From: Proteromonas lacertae | Lineage: Eukaryota | Direction: 5' to 3' | Assembly (NCBI GenBank): GCA_002245135.1 | Contig: NGBS01000062.1 | Location: forward strand, 1 to 33,674 | DNA length: 33,674 bases | Shown here: piece after piece, positions 1 to 9,119 of the stretch | How positions within the stretch are numbered: the first letter of the stretch is position 1 | Layout of the letters: each line of letters opens with the position of its first letter | Notes under the pieces: model-generated | Told to the model about the DNA's origin: nothing | The model's input: the letters and a program-made list of their open reading frames with translations, nothing else | The model's database searches: none | Position numbers and translations under genes: made by a program

Positions 1-1
1 T

Positions 2-1034
2 AAAGAGTTAGTTGAGTCAAAACCAGATTATCAAGTAGCAGTTAAAAATAGAATAAAAATAAAGTATGAGATAGAAAAGATACCTGGTTCATATCAAAAT
101 GGATATTATTTTTTTTAATAATACAAACATACCTTTTTTATTTATTATTGAAGTAGTTAGTAGAAAAGTGTGGATATATTATGTTAAAAGCAAAACTGAA
201 TCAAGTGTATTTCCAGTATTTGAAAAATGGTTTTATCAAGATTTAACACATACTGATGAGAATGCTAGATTTGTAGGTTCTATTTTAATGGATCAAGAAT
301 CAGGTGTGATATATGGTAATAAGTTCTTACAGCTATTTAATAAAAACAATATTAGATTTATAATGAAAGATACTGATGAACATAATATAATGAAGATACT
401 AGATAGTGCAGTAAGAACTATCAAAAATATGTTCTATAGATATTTAAATACTTTAGATGATGAAGAATTTGATAAATTAAATAATCTTAACGGTCTAATT
501 AATATAGTAAATACTGTAGTATTATATTATAATTCAAAACCACATAGTTCGCTTAATGGCTATACACCAAATGAAGTTCATGATGATTTTGAATTACAAG
601 ATTTGTTTTATAAAGAATCAAGAGAAAGAAATAGAAAACGAAGATTAAAAGATGCTAAATTTAATAAAAATGAATATGTTAGAGTTAAAGAGAGAAGAAG
701 AAATAAGTTAGATAAAAGCAGATATTTTAGTGATAAAGTTTATATGATTGATAAAAAGACACCTTTTTCTTATTCATTAAAGAATATAGATGGATCAATT
801 CCTTCTGAATTCAATCCTAAAAACCTTGGATTATTTAAATTTAAACCTTATGAATTAAGAAAAATTAAGAATGCAATTAAAACTAAAGGTAGATTTAGAT
901 TAAGTGCAATAAAAAGCATAAATTCAAACAAAAATGATAGTGATAAAAATGATAGAGTAGCATATATTGTACCTAAAAACATAAGAAAGAGTTCTTTTGG
1001 TAGAACTATAAGACCTAATTCAAGATATACATAA
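2..1034 (+). CDS. Retroviral-like (rve, RNase H fold) integrase of Polinton/virophage type, 5'-truncated
   Basis: Motifs GSYQ-MDIIF, FLFIIEVVSRKVW, ILMDQESG, ILDSAVRTIK, YNSKPHSSLNGYTPNEV and an SH3-like tail (FNKNEYVRV...FSDKVYMI...YSLKNIDG...FKPYEL). The open frame from base 2 joins ORF 99..1034 through an extra A in the run at ~96-99. Confidence 0.85.
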
Positions 1035-1193
1035 AATAAAAAATTAAATTAACTATATGATTTAATATTTTGATTTTATTAAATTAAGCTTGAAATCATC
1101 AAACATTTCTATAAAAAACGGTTTCTCTTGATTTTGAAATCATTTTTCATTTCCTATTTTCTCGTTACCTATTTCACAATTTCTTTTTAAAAA

Positions 1194-2774
1194 ATGAGTA
1201 TTCGTGTTAAGCACAGTTCACCAAGAGTTGAAGAAGAAAATTCTTCATCAAAAACATCAAAAGTTGTTAAGAAGGGTCAGCAACATGTAGATAAAGCTAA
1301 AAAAGTAGAAGAACCACCACCTAATCAAAAAGGAGGTATATTTATATATATATATATATACATAGGTATAACTCAGAGGTTTAGTAGAAAGAGTTATAAT
1401 GCCATAGATGTAAAAGAATGGATCAAGATTAAAGTGTTATCAACGCATATCATTAATTTTTGCGATGATAAAATTAAATACATTCATTATACCAATTCAC
1501 CAAGTTTATTATCTTTAACACCAGTCATCCAGTATGCAGAAGCAATAAATCGCTTCTTTAGCTGCATTAACAAAAATCCGTCTTATCTAAATGGAAATGT
1601 CTTTAAAGACTTAGATGATGTTTTATCAATAAGCCCATATGCTGTGGGTAACAATTTCGATTCAGATGTAAAATTATTAGGTGGTGTAAAGAGAAAATCA
1701 AACAATAATGATGGAGATGTTGATGTTGATGATAAACCTAAAAAAATTCGTAAAGTTGCTACAAGGAAACCATCTGTTAAAAAATCTGAAAAGTCTCTTA
1801 AAGAATTAAATGATGAAGCATTAAATGACAAAGAAACAGACTGGGTATGTGAAGACAATGATTTTGAAGATGATGATGATGAAGTCATTAAAATAAACAT
1901 TGTAAAAGGTAAAGTTGTTGATGATGTAAAGGTTGCTGATGTAAAGGATGATAAAGCTGTTGTTGATGTAAAAGCTGATACACCAAAAGTTGAAGTTAAT
2001 AAAAAGATTGATGAAGTTGTTGCTGATGTAAAGGTTTCTAATGTAAAAGCTGATACACCAAAAGTTGAAGTTAATAAAAAGATTGATGAAGTTGTTGCTG
2101 ATGTAAAGGTTTCTAATGTAAAAGCTGATACACCAAAAGTTGAAGTTAATAAAAAGATTGATGAAGTTGTTGCTGATGTAAAGGTTTCTAATGTAAAAGC
2201 TGATACACCAAAAGTTGAAGTTAATAAAAAGATTGATAAAGTTGTTCCTGATATAAAGGTTTCTAATGTAAAAGCTGATACACCAAAAGTTGATGTTGTA
2301 CCAAAAAGTATCATCAATCCAGATACTATAAAGGAAATAGAGCAAGCAAAATCAGAACCGGAACATTATACCAAACACAACTGGGCAACAAGAAATCGAT
2401 TTATTCAACCATCATTAAAACCGATAGCTCCGAAAATAGATGTTTCAATTAATGAACCACCACCAATAATAAATCAATCACTACCACCACCATTACCTCC
2501 GAAACCTTTGGTAAAGATTGCACCAAAACCGTTTGGTACAATTGTAAAGAATTCAGGTCAAGTTCAGTATGATGTCTTCAAACGAAAATTGGAATATGAG
2601 AATGAATTGGAAAAGCAAATAGCTGCTTTAAAAAAAGTATATGTACAAAAATTAAAAGAAGAAAATCCTGAATTAAACTTTGATGAAGATGGTAATATAA
2701 TCACTAATGAACCAGATGATATTGAATTTAGTCCAGCTTATGATGGTAGTATATTTGATGATTTCTTACAATAA
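1194..2774 (+). CDS. Orphan protein with 25-aa tandem repeats and a Pro-rich C-terminal region; probable 30-nt intron at 1336-1365
   Basis: 526-aa ORF. The in-frame segment GTATATTTATATATATATATATATACATAG translates as low-complexity IYIYIY and matches the host intron pattern. Also has acidic and basic patches and PPPLPPKP. Confidence 0.7.
   Translation: MSIRVKHSSPRVEEENSSSKTSKVVKKGQQHVDKAKKVEEPPPNQKGGIFIYIYIYIGITQRFSRKSYNAIDVKEWIKIKVLSTHIINFCDDKIKYIHYTNSPSLLSLTPVIQYAEAINRFFSCINKNPSYLNGNVFKDLDDVLSISPYAVGNNFDSDVKLLGGVKRKSNNNDGDVDVDDKPKKIRKVATRKPSVKKSEKSLKELNDEALNDKETDWVCEDNDFEDDDDEVIKINIVKGKVVDDVKVADVKDDKAVVDVKADTPKVEVNKKIDEVVADVKVSNVKADTPKVEVNKKIDEVVADVKVSNVKADTPKVEVNKKIDEVVADVKVSNVKADTPKVEVNKKIDKVVPDIKVSNVKADTPKVDVVPKSIINPDTIKEIEQAKSEPEHYTKHNWATRNRFIQPSLKPIAPKIDVSINEPPPIINQSLPPPLPPKPLVKIAPKPFGTIVKNSGQVQYDVFKRKLEYENELEKQIAALKKVYVQKLKEENPELNFDEDGNIITNEPDDIEFSPAYDGSIFDDFLQ
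1966..2293 (+). repeat. 75-bp coding tandem repeat, ~4.4 copies (VKADTPKVEVNKKIDEVVADVKVSN)
   Basis: ATGTAAAAGCTGATACACCAAAAGTTGA recurs at 1966, 2041, 2116, 2191 and 2266. The first three units appear identical. Confidence 0.95.
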
Positions 2775-2904
2775 ACAAATCATAAAAAACACTTTGTTAA
2801 GTTATACCTTATCTTTATATTAAAAAGGTACTTTAAAGAATTGAATTATTTTTTTGTTTTGTTTTGGGTTTTATATCTATTATATAAGTTATATATATTA
2901 TATA

Positions 2905-3252
2905 CTAATTATTCTTTTTTTCATTCATATCTATATCAATATCTTCTATATATGTATTAAGTGATCTATTTGAATGAACTCTTGATACTTTTGGTGAAGG
3001 TGGAGGCATTGATCTAGTCATAAAAGTCGATATTGGTATTGTTGTTATTGGTGTTACAGGTTCATCTAATATTTTTGATATATCTTCTGGGCAATGTCTC
3101 CGATATAAATACACGCATATTTTTTTAATTTTATTTAAAACCCATAAACCTAACAAAAATAATACTATATACATCTCATTTTTAAGTGAATCAATTGTAG
3201 TTGATACATCTTTTAATGAATTCATTAAAGATGTATTTGATGAAATATTCAT
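2905..3252 (-). CDS. Small single-pass membrane protein of unknown function
   Basis: ORF from the first ATG at 3252, with hydrophobic MYIVLFLLGLWVL followed by basic NKIKK and a Pro/Thr-rich tail. Confidence 0.5.
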   Translation of the reverse strand: MNISSNTSLMNSLKDVSTTIDSLKNEMYIVLFLLGLWVLNKIKKICVYLYRRHCPEDISKILDEPVTPITTIPISTFMTRSMPPPSPKVSRVHSNRSLNTYIEDIDIDMNEKKNN

Positions 3253-3323
3253 TATATATTTTTTAACTCTAATATGATAAGAAATACCTAAATAAAACAA
3301 TAATTATATATTTAACAAAAAAA

Positions 3324-4022
3324 TTATATTGAATGTTTTTTTAAACAATGATGGTATTTTTTAATACAGATATTACAAATGTTTTGATAAGTCATTATTT
3401 CTTTTTTTCTCAACATACCGCAATAATAACATCTCATCAGTTGACTATCACTTATAACTTCATCTTTATATAAATTTTTATATGTTTTTAATCTTAACTT
3501 AAATCTAAGACAACCTTTACATAAAAATGTCATAACTTTATCATTTAATTCTTCTTTACCTAAATAATCATTATCATAGAACAATGAACAGCATCTACAC
3601 TGAAATACCTCATGCATTAAATTAAGAATTGATTTCTTTTGTTTTAATAAATTCTTATAACACTTACAATATGCTCTGCACTGATTGCACTGATGAAAAT
3701 ATTCATTAGTTTTAGTATTTTTAGTCAAATCAGTTAGTCTAAACATCTTCTTACACTTACCACACTTAGCAAATCTTGTTCTATCAATTTCATCATTAAT
3801 TGATAAATATGGATTACTAATTAACCCTTTTTCTTCAGATAAAGATGGAACAGACTCCTTTTTATTTTTATACTGTAATCGTAATTTTTCTCTGCATGCT
3901 ATACAAGTTTTATATATAGAACCATTTGATTTTCTTCCCATTTCATAAAGATTGTATATAGTGCCACATGTACGACAACATGTTTTTAATCCTTCTATAT
4001 TTTCATCTTCAAAATAACTCAT
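3324..4022 (-). CDS. Cys-rich protein with ~4 CxxC...CxxC (treble-clef-like) Zn-finger repeats
   Basis: CRTC...SNGSIYKTCIAC; CGKCKKMF...YFHQCNQC; CRCC...CKGC; CYYC...CNIC. No intron seen. Confidence 0.75.
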   Translation of the reverse strand: MSYFEDENIEGLKTCCRTCGTIYNLYEMGRKSNGSIYKTCIACREKLRLQYKNKKESVPSLSEEKGLISNPYLSINDEIDRTRFAKCGKCKKMFRLTDLTKNTKTNEYFHQCNQCRAYCKCYKNLLKQKKSILNLMHEVFQCRCCSLFYDNDYLGKEELNDKVMTFLCKGCLRFKLRLKTYKNLYKDEVISDSQLMRCYYCGMLRKKEIMTYQNICNICIKKYHHCLKKHSI

Positions 4023-4136
4023 TTTTTATATTTTTAGAAAAAGAGCAAGAAAAATGAAAATGAAAGTAAAATGATAAATTATGAAAAACCCAATAAAAAA
4101 TCGATATTTATAATTCAATGATTATCATTTATTTTT

Positions 4137-4612
4137 CTATTTTTTTATATTTCTTTTCTGTTTTTTTAAAATACAATAAGGACATAGTTTATAATATGAT
4201 CCATCTTTCTTTTGTAAAACAGATTTATATTATATTCATTAATGCAATTAGTACACTTTTTCACTAATTCATTATTCAAGTGAGAATGTAAAGCTTCTTT
4301 ATAATTTCTTTTAGCATATCTTCTTGTTTGCTCATTACAGTAATTACAAGTTTTTAAATAAGAACCATCTTCTTTCTTACTAAAATTATCTAATGTAAAC
4401 ATTTTTTTACAATGTTTACACAGTTTCATTACTTCATTATTTATATTAAAAGTTATTTTAACCTTTTTTCTATTTATTTTAGCTCTATATCTACATGTAT
4501 TACAGCATTTATGATAATTACCATTCTTAAATTTAGCAAATAATTCTATTTTAAAACTATGTTTACATATTCTACATTTTCTATATATATTATCAATATT
4601 AGAGTTATTCAT
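4137..4612 (-). CDS. Paralogous Zn-finger repeat protein, 3 repeats (third repeat broken by a 1-nt frameshift near 4207)
   Basis: RKCRIC...KNGNYHKCCNTC; KLCKHC...EDGSYLKTCNYC; KKCTNC...[shift]KDGSYYKLCPYC. ATG at 4612; corrected stop TAG at 4137-4139. Confidence 0.75.
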
Positions 4613-4778
4613 TGTCTTTTTTTTAAAAAAAAGAAGCAAGAAAATTTCAAATGAAAATCTTATCGAAATTATAGTGTTAAAAAACACTTGGATTTTCGAT
4701 TAATTTATTGGGTTATGTTATTTTTAATCAACTAATAAAAACAAAATTCAATCAAAGAAAAGTATTAATAATTAAGTA

Positions 4779-5516
4779 TTAATTAGTTTTATCTTGTAAT
4801 ACCTTCTTGGTGATCTTCTTTAAGAGTTTTGTTTCTAGGTTATGATGCTTAAACAACTTATCTTCTAACTCCTTCTTCTTAAACATTACATCATAATATC
4901 TTTGTAAGTCCATTGACAAGTTTACATCAGCTGCTATTTTAAAGCTTAAATCTTCTCTAATTGCCTTTACTCTCTTTCTTCCGTTTCTAATACGATTACC
5001 AACTAAGCTCTCATTTCTCAGCTTCTTTATCTCTTCATAAGTTAAGGTGTCCTTATCTGGTAAATTGGTACTGAATGATGCAATTACCATTGGAGGCTCT
5101 TCAGGATGATAATCATAATGAGCAACAATTGGTGGTGGTAGAGGAGGCTCTTGAACAGTAGAGTTAATTAAACGTCTAACATTTGATTCTGTATCAGGTG
5201 GAGTTGTTGGTGAGTATAATGGTGATTTTTCTTTTGGTGGCTCACCATTGGGTGATTCAATCTTAATAGATAAAGACCTGTATGGATTAAAAGGGTTAAA
5301 TGAAGCACCTGTTACTGGTACACCTATAAATTATAATATAATATAAGTTATACTATATTTTGGTCTTTTGATACCAGCAGCCTTATCTTCTAAATAAATT
5401 GTCTTACAAATTTTTCTGATTTTAGGATTAGAGATACTATCAATATCTCTCTCATAATCACTATCTGTATCACTATCACTATCAGATACGTAAACAATTT
5501 TATGTAAGTGAGACAT
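4779..5516 (-). CDS. Orphan two-exon gene (acidic N-terminus, Pro-rich middle, basic C-terminus)
   Basis: Removing the 30-nt GT..AG intron at 5324-5353 joins ORF 5331..5516 in frame, without stops, to ORF 4779..5090. Confidence 0.75.
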
Positions 5517-5718
5517 GTTAATAAAGCAAAAAATATTTTATGCTGAAAAGTTCAGGAAAATGTCGAATGAATTCAAGATGCAATTTTTATATTGTTAAAA
5601 TAAAATTGATTTATTTGATGATTTATCATTCATTTGATAAATTCTTGATGTTTTTGATGATTTATGCATCAAATATTATAAAAAAATAATTACATAATAA
5701 TGATTAAATAGATCTAAC

Positions 5719-5733
5719 TAGGGTTAGGGTTAG
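5719..5733 (+). repeat. Short telomere-type repeat TAGGG-TTAGGG-TTAG
   Basis: Read directly; lies ~45 nt inside the candidate element terminus. Confidence 0.8.
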
Positions 5734-6076
5734 TGACTTATAGATGTAGCGACCTGTTCTACCCCGGGGCTTTGCTACTGTAGAGAAAAACTATAGATTT
5801 GTACAGCTATACTGATTATGATGTAGAACTTTTCCGCAAAATTATTAAACATTACTGGATATTCTGGATATGGGAACACTAAAATATCCTGTTTATTCAT
5901 ATCCTCTATAATATATATCAGTTATCATTTTGTCTGCATTACCTCTTTGTGACATCTTACTCATATTTAAATAAATTTGTCAGTTTCACTCCTATAACGC
6001 ATCTATTTTAAAAATTTACCCAAAAACAACAAACTTCATATATAAAAGGTGTTTGATAGATACTTTTTTTTAATAA

Positions 6077-7079
6077 TTATAAGAAATAATCAGGTGTACG
6101 TTTCTTTTGGTTGAAATTCTCATCTCTTGGTGCTGGATCAAATTGAATAAAGAAATATTGTAAAGTTTCATTAACCTCCATAATAGCAGCTTGATTACCA
6201 CAACGATAACAGTAATTAGGTGCAGAAAATACAGTAACTACATTACCATCGTGAGACATTAAATAACCTTCCATAACTAACTGATGTGCTCTAGCAATCA
6301 AATTTAATTTATTTGTTCTACAAAAATTCTGTGATATATCTTTACCGAATGTATAACCAGCTCCACGAGGAGATACACCGAACCCAGTACGATCGTCTGG
6401 ATCACTCCATACTAAATCGCACATTGGACCTTCATGAGGTACTTCTTGGAAACGGTCAATTTTTCTTGCATCATCTAGTGTATCTATTGATGGTGATAAA
6501 CCTCCATGTAAACAGAAGATTTTATCATCAATTAATGCAGTCATTGGTAAATAGTCGAATAAATCGGTAAATGCTTTCCATACATTAGCGTTACCATATT
6601 TACGAAGACATTCGTCGTAAAAACCATATCTATTTTGCATTATATCATGTGAATTAATTATACATTTGAGTAATCTGTCTACTTTCATGGTTTCCTCTTA
6701 ATATTGTGATTCTATCTCGATATCTGACTTTCAATGCAATTAAAAGTGAAACTGATTCAAGACTATAATAACCACGATCAACATAATCACCTAAAAATAG
6801 ATAGTTTGTCATAGGAAGCTTTCCACCTATATGAAACAATTCTATAAGATCATAAAATTGTCCGTGTATATCACCACACACTGTAACAGGTCTTTGAACT
6901 GGTTGAACATTACTTTCACTCTGTAATATTTCTCTTGCCTATATTTGTTAATGAAAAAATAATACTGTGTTGCATAACTCAATAGCATCTTTTTCTGAAA
7001 GAATTTCACGCTTCATCAATCTTTCAATCTGAGCGTCAAGTGGCCCAAATTGATCTTTTAAATCACTTCCAACAGACAT
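6077..7079 (-). CDS. PP2Ac: Serine/threonine protein phosphatase 2A catalytic subunit
   Basis: [29 protein letters not shown] and the C-terminal TPDYFL. Introns at 6939-6965 and 6630-6663. Confidence 0.96.
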
Positions 7080-7615
7080 ATTATTCTATAAATATACGCA
7101 AATAAAACAAGATAAGATACTCTTTCAATAGCAAAAAGAAAAACGCAGCTATTCAAATGACAAACTGTAGGCTTGACAGTGTTAGATTTCTTTTTTGATT
7201 TTTGTTGTTATGAGAAAGCAAAAGAGAACAATTTTGATGTATTTTTTTTAGTGATATGATTGTATATATGTTAATGTGATTAATATTATTGAACATAAAA
7301 TAAAAAATATTAGTCAATCATGTTACACAGAATAAACTCTTTTATTTCTCATATTGTTAAGAATAACATGATAATAAAGTAGCATACAGTAAGAAAAAGC
7401 ATTACTCTACAATCATCTTTTCTAACTCTGCAGTTTATTGTTTATTACACGTCTTAGATTATCTATAATAGCATGACTGTTAAGATCTGGTGAATACTAT
7501 GATCATATTCACATGAATATGTCAAAATCCATTCAAAAAATCAAAAAATTAGAAAATGAAAATTTTCATAAACGGATATAATTATTAATACTGTTTTTAT
7601 TTTTTTCAGTCCTAC

Positions 7616-9020
7616 ATGGATCCTAACGAAGAATCAGAATTTGATTTTTCTCAGACATCGCCACCAGTTGTTAAATCAAGTGAGCTTTTAACTCCAAGTA
7701 TACTTTGAATTGTGTTATAACTATTCAGAAAGCTCAGATCGTAGTGAACTTATGTATAAAAGGTACAAAAAGCAGAAAGTATTGTTATCTTAATTTTATT
7801 CTATAGATAAAGCAAAAACGTCTAGCTGCAGCCATACAAAAAGAAGAATGCCCATTTAGCCCTGTCATATATACAAAAGACTCAAAAGTAGCACCGACAA
7901 GAGGAAAGAATGTTTTCAATTCTTTATATCACAGAGCTCAAGTCGATTCAGAAAAGAAGAAGAAACTTGCATCGACTATAGGACCAGAATGTACATTTCA
8001 ACCTGTGCTAGTTGCAAAACCGAAAGTATTTATTCTTTTATTATTAATTTATCTTTAGCAATCAACTCATAGACCTCATTCTCGAATATACAAAGAATTA
8101 TACAAAAAAGGATTAAAACAAAAGAAAAAAATAGACGAACTATCCAAACAAAGTGTTGATGAAGAATGTACTTTTAAACCAGAAATCAATAGAGATGTAG
8201 AAACACATGGAGAAAGAGTATCACTGTTGCAAAGAGTACCAATATCGTTCAATGAAATAAGAGAAAAGAAAGCAAGAGCTAAGAAAATGCAGGATGAAAT
8301 TATCTATGAAGAATGTACATTTAAACCACAAACTAATGTTAAAAGTAAACCAATTAAATCAAAGCAATCTTCTTATAATCATTTATATGATGATTATAGA
8401 ATTGTATATTTTAATTTTTTTTAAATTATATATAGAGAAAAGCAAAGTTAGAAAGATTAAAAGAACTACAGGAAGAAAAAGAACTTTCAGAACTTCAAAA
8501 CAAACCAAAAATCAATAGCATTCCACAAGAAGTATCAGAAATACGTAGTAATGAAGATTTAATTGAAAGATTATCACGTCCAAAGGAAACAATGGTTGGA
8601 TATACAACAGAATCATTTACATTTACACCAAAGATCAATAAGTATAAAAATAAAGTTGGTCATAGTAAAGAAGAGTTGTATGAAATGGGAGTAAGGAAAG
8701 GACAATTTAAAAGGGATATTAGTGGTGGAAATGGTAATAATAACAATTATAATAGTGAAGATATATCTGAATGTACATTCAGCCCAAAGATTGATGAACA
8801 TAGTAGGAAGATAATAGAAACTGAATCAATTACATCAACTAATTCGAATATCAGAAAAACACCAATTAAAATACCGAGTGATAGGAAAATGATTAAATCT
8901 CAATCGTTTAAAAAACCAATAAACTCTGTTGAGAAGAATGGTGTTAAAAATTCAAAACATCAATCTATTCAACTTCCAGCTGCTCCTGTGGATGAGTCTG
9001 ATAGTCCTTCTTTGCCATAG
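7616..9020 (+). CDS. Uncharacterised basic protein with ~6 E-C-[T/P]-F-x-P repeats, 5 exons
   Basis: Introns at ~7698-7728, ~7779-7806, ~8026-8058 and ~8404-8435 give one frame containing EECPFSP, PECTFQP, EECTFKP (twice), SFTFTP and SECTFSP. Confidence 0.75.
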
Positions 9021-9119
9021 CTGTTGTTTCTGTTTTATATTAAACTGTAATTAATATTTTGGATAAAAAAATGTTTATCGTTTCTATTATTCAAAATACT
9101 TTTGAAATCTTTAAAATAA

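Larger units (their letters stand above)
1..5779. mobile_element. Right-hand part of a putative Polinton/Maverick-like endogenous viral element (continues beyond the window start)
   Basis: Contains a Polinton-type rve integrase, virus-like CxxC Zn-finger repeat ORFs and orphan ORFs. Ends in a GC-rich patch closing with CTACT (5775-5779; AGTAG on the minus strand), after which conserved host genes begin. No pPolB, capsid or ATPase gene is visible here, and the other TIR is not in the window. Confidence 0.6.

Noticed and set aside
1966..2293. Possible CRISPR array
   Set aside because: Head-to-tail units with no unique spacers, in frame within a eukaryotic ORF.
1583..2345. Minus-strand ORFs of 244 and 174 aa
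   Set aside because: Shadows of the 75-bp coding repeat on the plus strand.
5750..5780. RNase MRP CR-I-like AAAGCCCCGG on the minus strand
   Set aside because: Lacks the conserved U, and no matching CR-V was found downstream.
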